64,000 nt of DNA, from positions 64,356,001 through 64,420,000 of the forward strand of contig NC_042997.1 in the NCBI RefSeq assembly GCF_006345805.1. Reading direction: 5' to 3'. Source of the DNA: Octopus sinensis (taxonomy: Eukaryota). A model generated the notes under the pieces. The model was not told the origin of the DNA. It did no database searches and saw only the letters and a list, made by a program, of their open reading frames with translations. The translations under genes were made by a program, and so were the position numbers. Below, piece by piece: positions 53,290-64,000 of the stretch; the first letter of the stretch is position 1, and each line of letters starts with the position of its first letter.

Positions 53290-55499
53290 CTTGTATACAT
53301 GTACCTATATATCTGCCTATAGATATGTATGCCAATTTAAACATTTTTAAAGCAATGCCATAATTACACATAAGGTATCAAAACACCGAATAAAAGTACA
53401 CCTAGTCTTTGTCCGTTATAATTCAAAGTCATTATCACAGTAATTATCACAGCTATTATCATCCCAAAATGCATTCATTATTGTAACCATTCTTACAAAT
53501 CATTATGCACAATTGTATGTGTACTATACGTAGTTCCTCAACGATAGTTAGGACTGTCTGCTAATGAACCAGAAAACAAAAACGATGGTGCTTCAAAATA
53601 TTATGGTAGCAGCGTATGTTGCACTATAGAATTTCCTCATGTAAACAGTAAAATGCTTTATGCAAATTGCATACATACGCAACAGTCCCACTTCTGAATC
53701 TTCATATCACACAATCAGAGTTAAAGAACCATTGATCCGATTGAATACAGATTTTAACGTTAAAATACCGTTATAGAAAATCGATAAAGAAAGCGCCTAT
53801 AACATTTGAAAAATAATAATACTGATGTGCGCAGAATGACATTCCCGCAGTTAGACTAATTGCACGCAATGTAATACATAATTTCTCTGTAGCATAAGAG
53901 AATTAAAATCACTCCCTCTGAAATTTTCTTATTCACATACACACTTCTTGAATCCACGTTATAATGTCGACAAACATTTATACCTTTTTTCTACATTGAA
54001 TTATCTGGCGTATATTCGTCTTCTGTCTAATATTCAGATGAATTATTTGTCATTTCGGGATTAATGATAACATCAATGGATGATCAGCTTCATTGTTTCT
54101 CACAGATCAGTTGCAAGTTATGTATTCTCTGTATTTACCCGTTGACGGTTAAATGTTAATTTACGTAGCAAAAGCAACTTCATGTAAGCTCTATAATTTA
54201 CAAGAAATCTTCACCCCCACCCCGACCAAATAAAGTGAAAAGAAATAATAAACGAGGCCGAGTCACATAAAGAGAAATCTATACACGTCTTTTTCAGTTT
54301 ACTTTTATCTTTGAAAACTTCGAGAGCATCACACGATTTTATTCCTTTACAAACATGACAGTAAATATAGCGTCTGTCCAAATAATCGATATTGAATATT
54401 TAATTCAAATTGTTCAATAAGCACTTCTATCTTCGGTGTTTATGTTTGCTAGGTGTGATCAAGTACAAAAGTATAAGAAAAGATTTTTTATGAATGGCTC
54501 AGTGCATACACTTAACATTAAGTCGATTTAATCACTTCATTTCACATTGATAAGTGTAACAGTGTTGTAGAGTTATGTACTAAGATGAATATCAAACTTA
54601 TCAGCTCAAGCACATGAAAAATCAAGGTCAACAATTAAAAGTGTGAGGAATAACAGCATGTATAAATTAGATGTTTCCAAGAATAAAAACAGCTTCAAAC
54701 AAGCTATATTAGTAAAGCTGAAATTGCAGAATTAAGTGTTCAACAGTAAATTACTGCTCTGATACTTCATCGCAGTCAGGTGAGAGATATAAGAAGAACA
54801 TGCGGATTAGATAGGGTATAATTTTTGTTATAGATTTATTCAAATACTAAACTGGTTTCAACAAATTTGGGCTTATTAATGGTAAAAATAAATAAATATT
54901 TATCATGTTTACTATTGTTAAGCAAAACCATGTCGAAACTTAGTTTGGTACTTGAATAAATCTATTACAAAATTTGAGAACAACTACATATTTTGAGATT
55001 CAGGTGCATTTTCAAACCCTAAAACAAATTCTATATTTATATATTTAGATGTATATGCGCGTGTGTGTGTATGTGAGTGTGTGCGTGTATGCGCGCGCAT
55101 GCATGTGTGTACCTGAGTGCGCGTGTCTATGTATGCATATATATATGTACATATATATGTATGTGTGTGCGTGTGTGTGTGTGTGCACGTGCGTGCGTAC
55201 ATGTATTTAATCCGAAAAGAGCGTATACCTCTCTTCCCATGTGTCCACGAAAGATTGAACATTACGTAACGTAGAATATATAAATCTAATAAAGACATCG
55301 TCAATGTATTTTGCTGACTACGTATATGTAAAAAGTTCTATCATATATTAATCAAATGAGGTATTGCTGATTGGAGGCAAATTAATTTCGATCCTATACT
55401 TTCATCTGATTAAACTTACAAATTGCACAAAACACATACTCCATTTCATTGTAGCCATATTAGTAATATAAAATAAACCAGTTGTTTAGCATACTTCTT

Positions 55500-56150
55500 A
55501 AAGTGGGTATGTTGATTATATCGACACCATTACTCAAATGATACTCATTTTATCGACCCCAAAGGATGAAGTAATTTGAACTCAGAATGTGAAGAAGGAC
55601 GAAATCCTACAAGGCATTTCGCCCAGCGTCCTGGCAATTCTGCCGGCTCACAGCCTTACCAATGTGTAGTATTATCAAAAAGAAGGTATTATTTCAGATA
55701 TCTGAAATTATATTATCAATCTCCTTTAACCTGAATGCTTAGTGAATTCGATATTGTGTTCCCAAATGGAAGCAATAGTTGTATATTAAAGGTGGCGTGC
55801 TGGCAGAAAACGTTAGCACGGCGGGCAAAATGCTTAGCGGTATTTTGTCTGCATTTACGTTTTGAGTTCAAATTCCACCGAGTTCGACTTTACCTTTCAT
55901 CTTTCGGGGTTGATAAATTAAACAACAGTTGCATACTCGGGTCGGTCTAATTGACTGGCCCCGCCCCAAAGTTTTTGAACCTTGTGCCTAGAGTAGAAAA
56001 ATAAAATCATTCTGTGTGCGTGCGTATGTGTGTGTGTGTTGAATCTTAAATTCCTTGTCCGTGCTATTATTGTTTTGATGATTTTGATCCCTGAAACTAA
56101 ATCTGTTCATCGGCACAATTTGTATATAGAAGAAATTTGAACTCAGAATG
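55500..56150. mobile_element. Cluster of SINE family A copies in both orientations
   Basis: Minus copy about 55500-55660, plus copy about 55786-56000, minus fragment about 56130-56150 (AATTTGAACTCAGAATGTGAA). Confidence 0.7.
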
Positions 56151-57759
56151 TGAATTTGCGATAACGAGACCATGCTTGCGATAAAACTGATCTCTATAAC
56201 TTCCATATTATTTGGTAACTGAAGCTTCAAATATCCATCAATCCATAGTTTAATATGTATAATGGCTTGTTAATGTTTTTTTTTTCGTTTATCTGGCGCT
56301 CCACGAACTAATTTGCTGCCTGTAGTTTCAGTACCAATGGGTGAATCTTTTATCAGTACCACCTAGGATACTTGATACTGCATCATGTAAAACCGCTTTA
56401 CACACGAATATTTCTAGATAAAACAAAGCAAGGGCGTGGCAACCTGACATAATAACATATTCAATTAGTCAAATATATTATGCGATAAGAACTGAGGCAG
56501 ACAACCACGCGTACATTTGATCATATTAGGTTTCATAAGCAACTCACTTGTCGAACTGTGACAGCTACATCTTTGAACCACAAGAAATGTAATGCATTAT
56601 GTGAAAGAGTTCAGTGTAGCACTATGAATTAATAGAATGAGCGGGAAAGTATCCAAGAAAAACAGGTGCATGAAAATGTTAAAGTTGAAGTTGTAAACAA
56701 AAAATATTAACTTATTTTTAAACAGACAGTGAAGAGAAGTAACGTTTTCAAATATTTCTTGGGAGAATAATAAAAAAAATTGTTTTTAACCTCATTTTGT
56801 TGTCATTATAATCAATGTTGCTACATTTAACTCATTTCTCTATAATAAATCTCTGTATTCAGTTCTTGAAGAGTTGACGTATAAATCCGTTGCAAGGCAG
56901 CCTGGTGAAAGTATTCTCTATGCGAATTATAAACAAGTGAATAGCACAGCGAAATATTACATGCTACTTAAAATTTATTCCATAAAATGCTACTAAAGAT
57001 TTGCAATATAACCCAAATCAACTTGACTGAACAAATTTGGGAATAATTTGATTTTAACAAGGAGGACTCACTCCCCGGAAACATTTCTACTTGTGTATCT
57101 ATGTGCATTATTTATATTTTTAATAGATTGTACATGATGGCAAGTGATATGCGATTAATTGTTTGTAACGTCATCAGGAAATTCGCTGTAAATAATATTT
57201 GTCACCAAAACATTTAGTTCGAAAAGAACATGAATTTAACGGTTATTTGTATAATTTTTGACAATCAAATTCTATTCATTGGTTATCAACCATGCTAGGC
57301 CTACATCAAATGTTATAGTTCCAACGTGCCCCCAACATGTCTTGTAACCTGGAATCAACTGATCAGAAAATTTTAAACTACTGGGCCATGTGTGCATATA
57401 CATAATGATCGAATGTATATAAGACGTGTTGAATGTATGTATGTGTTCAAGTGACCAATTCAAGTGACCATAGTATGTACGCAAATAAACTTTGAAATAT
57501 CGAATAATTTTAACACCTGCTTAAATGGGCACGTTGAAATAAACGCAATCGTTACATGATATGAATTGATGCATCATTCTCACATTAATCGGAATATGAC
57601 AGTTTGCGGTCAAAATAAAGTTTCTGCCAATTAAACATTATCTAATGTATTAAGTAACGATGTTTCCAAATTAGTTTATAAGAAAATAGGTATTCAGCGC
57701 ATATGGACATGTAAAACATACGTCACTAAATATAACCTTGGAATATTTCGTGTAAACTT

Positions 57760-58102
57760 ACGGGTAGGAGGTCAAGACTCCCTTCGGTCATAAATGACCA
57801 CTGGATTGCCCTGCAAAAGCTCCCCTCCGAGGCACAAGTCCGTGAAATTTTGTTTATGGATGACTAGCAGTCGCCCAAGCATACCAGCCTCCCATCGCTA
57901 CCGATGTTTCCCGACGGAAAGGCAAATGCCGATACAGCTTAGCAACAGTGATGTCGCAACTCATTTCTACAGCAGACTGAACTGGAGCATCGTGAAATAA
58001 AGTGTCTTGCTCAAGAAAACAACACAGCGCGATCTGGGTATCGAACTCACTACCACATGATTGTAAACCCGACGCCCTAACCGCTGATTCATGCGCCTTC
58101 AC
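57760..58102 (-). mobile_element. tRNA-derived SINE family C
   Basis: Minus-strand head GTGAAGGCGCATG..GTGAGTTCGATACCC..TTGAGCAAGACACTTTATTTCAC; tail shares CCGAGGCACAAGT with 12116-12290. Confidence 0.8.
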
Positions 58103-58179
58103 ATACACTTATGTGGTTAAGGCAAATGTAATGATGCTAAAGCTGTAAAATCTTGTATGCATGAATTTCAACCCTTCTT

Positions 58180-59035
58180 CCTTATAACTAGATTGAGTCT
58201 CTACTTGTAAACAAATACCTCACTGTCCAAAGAAGATTTCAAAAGTAAGTAGTTGCCACCTGCCCTGAAAATGGACAAAATTTGGTATTCACAGAAAAAG
58301 AGAATAACCACCACGGGAATTCACGCTGACACGATTGCTACATTAGGGGATGTTGCTTCAACTTTATCAACAGCGGAAAGTTGGGCAGCTGAATTTGCCA
58401 GAGGAAGCAAGAGACCCGAGGACTGGAGGTCCTGCAACTGCCACCAGCGACGAAAACATTGATTGCGTTCACTACATAGTGAAGAACGACAACTGATAAA
58501 CGATAATTCAAATGGTTAATTCTATTAGCATATCTCGTGTAAGAGTTTTGAATATCCTGCATAAGGTACCTGACATGACGGAGCCTGCTTCTCGGTGGGT
58601 TCTAAGTCTTCTGATGCATGATCAAAAGCGTATCAGGCTGATCACATCACGGGAGAATCTGATATTGTTTCAGGCAGATATAATTGGTTTCCTTGGACGT
58701 TTCCTACCCAAGATGTGTGTTTGGTTCATCACTTGGAGCCAGAGAGAAAGAGACAAACCATGCCACTGAAACACCACTCGCCACTTGCTCCAAAGATCAT
58801 GCGCGTTTCATATGCAGAGAAGTGGATGACTTTAGCCTTTCCGGATGCAAGAAGACCCATACCAACAATGGGGAGTACTATACCAACTTGTTGAGGCAGA
58901 TACGAAAGGCTATCATGAAATAACACCTAGAAATTTCAATGTCTGCTGTGCGTGTATATGGCTTTGTACTGGTTGTTCATCGTTTCCATTCTCCTAGTGT
59001 AGCCCGAACTTACTAGCATCTGTACTATTCATCAT
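58180..59035 (+). mobile_element. Decayed mariner transposon with an internal deletion
   Basis: MDKIWY.., LSTAESWAAEF.RG, ENIDCVH, SRWVLSLL..DQKRIRLI.SRENL, NGEYYTNLLRQIRKAI, SPNL. Confidence 0.85.
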
Positions 59036-59269
59036 AAAGAGATACACATACGTTCATATACACGTACTCTGTTTCATTAAAAGATAGACAAGTTGTTGGT
59101 CGGAGAATCTAAAGAAGGAATAAATTTACATAGCCCTATGTGGTGTGTGCATGTATGAAACTCTCTTTGTCTACATTATTGTCTAAAATTCTGCTAATAA
59201 AACATTTGATAAATTGCTGGTTATGCGGATATCATATTTTCTTTTATTATTATAATATCATTAAGTGCA

Positions 59270-59328
<59 letters not shown>

Positions 59329-59368
59329 TAGAAGGAGTTAAAATACAGTTGTTATTCAAATCTTTGTA

Positions 59369-59443
59369 CATCCTACATATGTTTCGAAGAAACATTAGAG
59401 GGAAGAAAATGATGTAAAACAATGCGATCTTCTCATCAGGGAG
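59369..59443 (-). ncRNA. Type I hammerhead ribozyme motif, core intact
   Basis: Minus strand: C-TCC-CTGATGA-GAAGA..TCTTC-GAAAC-ATAT-GTA-GGA-T-G; palindromic ACATATGT. Confidence 0.75.
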
Positions 59444-61119
59444 AAAAAGAGATACAAAACACATGACTAAGCCATATTTTAACCGAAGCTAATGACTGAG
59501 TATATGATGAAGAGAAAGCTGGGAAGTTTGTTTTTAACCGTTAATAGATTTAAAGCCACAAGCAATTTAGAGAAAAAGAAGGAGGAGAAAGAAAGAAATT
59601 AGCAGAAAGCCATGAGTGGAGAAATGTAGTGCGATAGATGAATGTGAATAAAGCTTAAAAGCGTGGAAATAGATATATCTCGGGGATATGAAATGTAAGA
59701 AAACATTTAACGGTCAAATTTTATAGATTGGTGGAAATGACGTATAGGAACTAAAGGTATTATTTTGCCAATTTTTGCAACGATAAACACGTTCTTTAAA
59801 CGTGTTTACAAGAGAATTCTCTGAGAACAGAATGAGATACATTTCTTCGTTACAGAGCGGACAAGAAGATTTACATTTATCACATGGAAAGAACCTAGAT
59901 TGAATATTTCATTCCAAGTCAAATTGTTTATTATATTGCTTCAGAGACCAAATTTTTCTACTAAGCCCAGTATTGTTGTCATATATATTAATATATGTAT
60001 AACTGTAGAGTAATGTTTAGATAACGTTTTGCACAACTGAGGTGAAGAACTACCTATGTAAAAAAAAAACGTCAGAACCAGGAAGTACATTTCTAAACAA
60101 AGATTATTGTCGTAGAAGTACTGCTAAGGAAACGAATGTGATTCGAATTCATGTCACAAATGCTAATATTGTCGTTATTATTGAACAAAGAATAGTTGCT
60201 GTTAATAATATATATGTTACTATTTTCATTAAGTTGATTTGTATTTAACAGCTTATTGTTATGCGAAGAGGTAATTTGTGAACGGATTTTGGTGTTTGAA
60301 AACCCTCTTTTGATTCCATGTGAGTTGATAATAGAATGGTATCTTGGATTTTTTGCGGGAAATACATATCTACAGTTTCACAGAACTGGTAAGGAAGGTT
60401 AGATTCGATCTGCTTACCATATGGAATTATCAACCAAAATGATTTACTAGGACATACCTTACCTTGTTTTTAGGCTTTTATAACAAAATAGGCTCTTAAA
60501 AACCGTTACCTTACTTATGCTGCAAAATTAAATTGTTCGATATAGTGTTGTTATTCGAACTAAGATTTATGTTGTCATTACAACAATATTGGGCTTAGTA
60601 TATTAATTTGGACTCTGAAGGAACATAATAAACAATTTGATTTGGAATGAAATATTCTATCTAGGTCAATTCCTTATGATATATGTAAATTTTCTCGTCC
60701 GCTCTGTAACGGAGAACTGTATCTCATCCTGTTCTCAGAGAATTCTCTTGTAAACACGTTTAAAGAACGCCTTTATCGTTGCAAAAATTGGCAAAACATA
60801 CCTACAGTTCCTATATATAATTTCTACTTATGTATAAAATTTGACCTTTAACTGTCTTCTTACATTTCATTTCCACGAAATATATCTTTTTCCACTTCTT
60901 TGAGCTTTATTCGCATTCATCTATCTCACTGCATTTCTCCACTCTTCCTTTTCTGCTAATTTCTTTCTTTCTCCTCCTTCTCTTTCTCTAAATTGCATTT
61001 GACGTTAAATTTATTAACGGTTTTTGATTTTTAAATAACTTGCCAGCATTTCCTTTATCATACACGCAGTCATCAGCTTCGGTTAAAATGGTTAAAATGT
61101 GTTGTTTCTGTTTGTTTTT

Positions 61120-61203
61120 CTCCTGATGAGAAGATCGCATTGTTTTATATCATCTTATTCCCTATGGAATAGTACCATTGCTTACTTCGAACCATATGTT
61201 GGA
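61120..61203 (+). ncRNA. Mutated hammerhead motif (A15.1-to-C; GUU triplet)
   Basis: CTGATGA-GAAG..CTTC-GAAC-C-ATAT-GTT-GGA; C at 61192. Confidence 0.55.
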
Positions 61204-61452
61204 AGTATAAAAATTTGAATAACACCTGCGTTTAACTCCATTTGTTTATTTTCCTCTTATACAAAAACATTCCACTAAACCCTGGAATTCCTACCTGTAT
61301 AAGTAGGCTTGGTACTCATGTGAATTTTTTGGCCACCCTTGTAACTATTTAATTATTTTTACCGGTATATATGTACACACTGAAAAAATACACACACACA
61401 CACACACATATATATATATGTATGTATGTATATATACATATGCGTATATTTT

Positions 61453-61501
<49 letters not shown>

Positions 61502-62106
61502 ATATTATATCATATTATATTATATGCATGCATGTATACTTGTGCATTATTGTTTAACAGCAGTGAATATAATTTACTGGTTTCTCCAGTATAGGAAAAT
61601 CAGCGAGAGTGATAAAGAGGTGCGGACTGAGTGCTCATACTAGATTTTGTGGCACACCATGAGTAAAGGAACGCTATGCGTCAGAGGAAAAAGAGTAGAA
61701 GGATGATGACGAAGGATACATAGGGTAGTTGCTTGTAGCTAAAAGCAAACTCTGCCATAGTTAATATATACTGTGTTGAATATTACCCTTAGATGCTATT
61801 CAAGTAAGCTGTTTACCAGCACAGTAGTTTCCTTCCTTTATTTTAAAAGATATCTATCATAAGAATTTATTGAAAACTGTTCCGAATGAATAAATCATTA
61901 TAATTGCTACAATATTAATTCACGTTTGCGACCATTTGCTAATATCAGGAAATATGTCATACAAACCAATGATTAATGTAAATTAACTACTTATCAAATT
62001 ACATTGCGGCAAAAGTATTGTTTTGAAATTATCCATAATATGACGGGCAAGAGATTTGCTGTGTAATAAACGATGAGTTTTGTACTGCTCATCAATTTTC
62101 GTTCTA

Positions 62107-63328
62107 TTGGTTTGGCAACTAAGTTCCCGCGTTTTCTTTAAACTTTGGAATTTATTTTATTCGAATATTCTATTTTTTAATCATTTTGAAATCTATTTTT
62201 CTTATATTTTATTTAATTTTAGTTAATTTTTGTTTATTTCCAGATCATTAAAATGGAATATCAAGTTAACGAGCGTTTTCGATGTCTTCTTTTGCTTTTA
62301 ATCAAGGTTCTAAGGCCGCAAACGCTGTTCTCGTCATTTGTGCTGTGTATGGAGAGGGTGCCATATCTGAAAGAACCGCTGGTGATTGGTATGCCAAGTT
62401 CAAAAGTGGAAATTTTGTCCTCAAAGACATACCTCGTTCTGGTCGTCCTGTTGAGTTCGATGAAGAGCGATTAAACCAACTTTTGCACGAAAATTTTCCT
62501 CAAACGACATGGGAAAATGGAATGATCCTACACTTCGATAGAGAAGAATCATCACTCGATGGGAAAGGTACAGAAGTATGGAGCATGGGTTTCGTATGCT
62601 TTAACTAACAACAAAAATCAACGAGCCACAATCTCCGCTGGCTTGCTTGCTCGTCACCGCTCAATTCATGGACACAAGCAACGATTTCTTTGCCGAATCG
62701 TTACTGGCGACGAAAAATGGTGTCTGTACATCAATATAAACCAGCGCAAGGAATGACGTAGCCCTAGTAAAGAAGTGAAACCGCGCGTGAAACAAAATCT
62801 TCATTCGCGTAAAACGATGTTGTGTGTATGGTGGGGCTGGGAAGGGATTATCCATTACGAATTGCTTGAACGGAACCAAACGGTCAACGCGGAACTCTAT
62901 GTTCAACAGATGGAATGACTCAACACGGCTATTCAAGAGAAAAGACCCAATCGACAGCATGGAGTTCGTTTGCTGAAAGAAGACGCTCTCCCTCATATCC
63001 CCAAATATGACCAAGTAAGCCATACAAACTCATGGCTGGGAAGTGCTGCCACACATGCCGTACTCTCCTGATTTGGCACCAAAAGATTTCCACCTCTTTC
63101 GATCTCTTTCAAATGCTATGCGTAGAGTTTCGTTCAATACTGATGGCGAATTGAGAGTTTGTTTGGATTAATTGTTCAAGTGGAATTCGGGTGATTTCTA
63201 CCAAGGAGGTATTGAAAATCTCGTTGAACGTTGGGAAGAAGTTGTAAACAAGGTGCCTGTACATCACTATTAAACCTTTTAAAAAATTAAAATGTAAAAA
63301 AACGGCGTGATCTTGGTTGCCAACCCAA
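62107..63328 (+). mobile_element. Mariner (DD34D) transposon with both TIRs and TA target-site duplication; transposase disrupted
   Basis: TA|TTGGTTTGGCAACTAAG.. and ..CTTGGTTGCCAACCCAA|TA. Peptides PRSGRP, RIVTGDEKW, MLCVWW, PYSPDLAP.DFHLF. Frameshifts and stops within about 62253-63273. Confidence 0.95.
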
Positions 63329-64000
63329 TACTTGAAGCATTGTTGCATGTTAGAAATTATATTCACTGAGAAGTCACATGTACTTTCTAAAGAGATTAGT
63401 TGAAAGAATAGTTGAACGTAAAACATTTGCGAAGCTGCGAAAAGTTAATTTCTTATCTGACACTTGTTTCAAATAATGTTCATATCAAGAAGATATACTG
63501 TGGAGACAATTGAACTAGATATAGAAATAAACAAAATCTAGGGTTCTACGATGTTGAAAATGTACGTCTGGAAAATTTTTCTTTTTGAACACACTTGTGA
63601 ATTAGGAAATTTTGAGATATTGATTTCGATAGGTGTTTTACAACCCAAGTTTCAATAAAACGTATGCATTTCGCAAGAGAGAAAAGAAAATATAGTAACA
63701 CTTAACATTATAAATCATACAATATTGCAAGATATAAAGAAACACGTATAACATGAGATGCTACTGATAGACTCTGCATTAGTAACAAAATGTAAAATAA
63801 ATATACAACGAAAATGTAGTAACGTGCGAAATTGCAATATAAAAAATTGAAATAAGGGGATGATACCAAATTAATAAAAATATAGAAACAAGATCGGAAC
63901 GGACATTATTCTTATAAATTCAAATACAGCCTTAAATCAGAAGTGCTCACACAGAGATACGAAGTATGTCATCCCACTGCCTAGTTTCACATTGTTGCTC

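Larger units (their letters stand above)
59334..61239. repeat. Diverged long inverted repeat (arms of about 650 bp, spacer about 594 bp), PLE pLTR-like, with a hammerhead near each outer end
   Basis: 59334-59982 aligns by eye to the reverse complement of 60577-61239 at roughly 80 percent identity (estimate). Confidence 0.9.

Overview
This is very AT-rich, microsatellite-dense eukaryotic DNA. I infer a coleoid cephalopod (octopus) from its tRNA-derived SINE families and repeat texture. I found no confident host protein-coding gene; most of the supplied ORFs are microsatellite read-throughs or antisense frames. The window is mainly decayed mobile elements: several Penelope-like retroelements (PLEs; reverse transcriptase (RT) plus GIY-YIG endonuclease), a Helitron interrupted by a mariner, more mariner/Tc1 transposons, a CR1-group LINE end, many SINEs and small MITE-like foldbacks. 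The most striking signal is one the ORF track does not show. There are about nine minimal type I hammerhead ribozyme motifs (CUGANGA - helix II - GAAA - palindromic helix III - mostly GUA) from at least five unrelated flanking-sequence families. Six of them sit as three divergently oriented pairs in the arms of long inverted repeats (arms of about 157, 300 and 650 bp). One of these repeats brackets a largely intact PLE ORF carrying two stop-free, Asn-rich inserts. All folding was done by eye and needs computational and biochemical confirmation.
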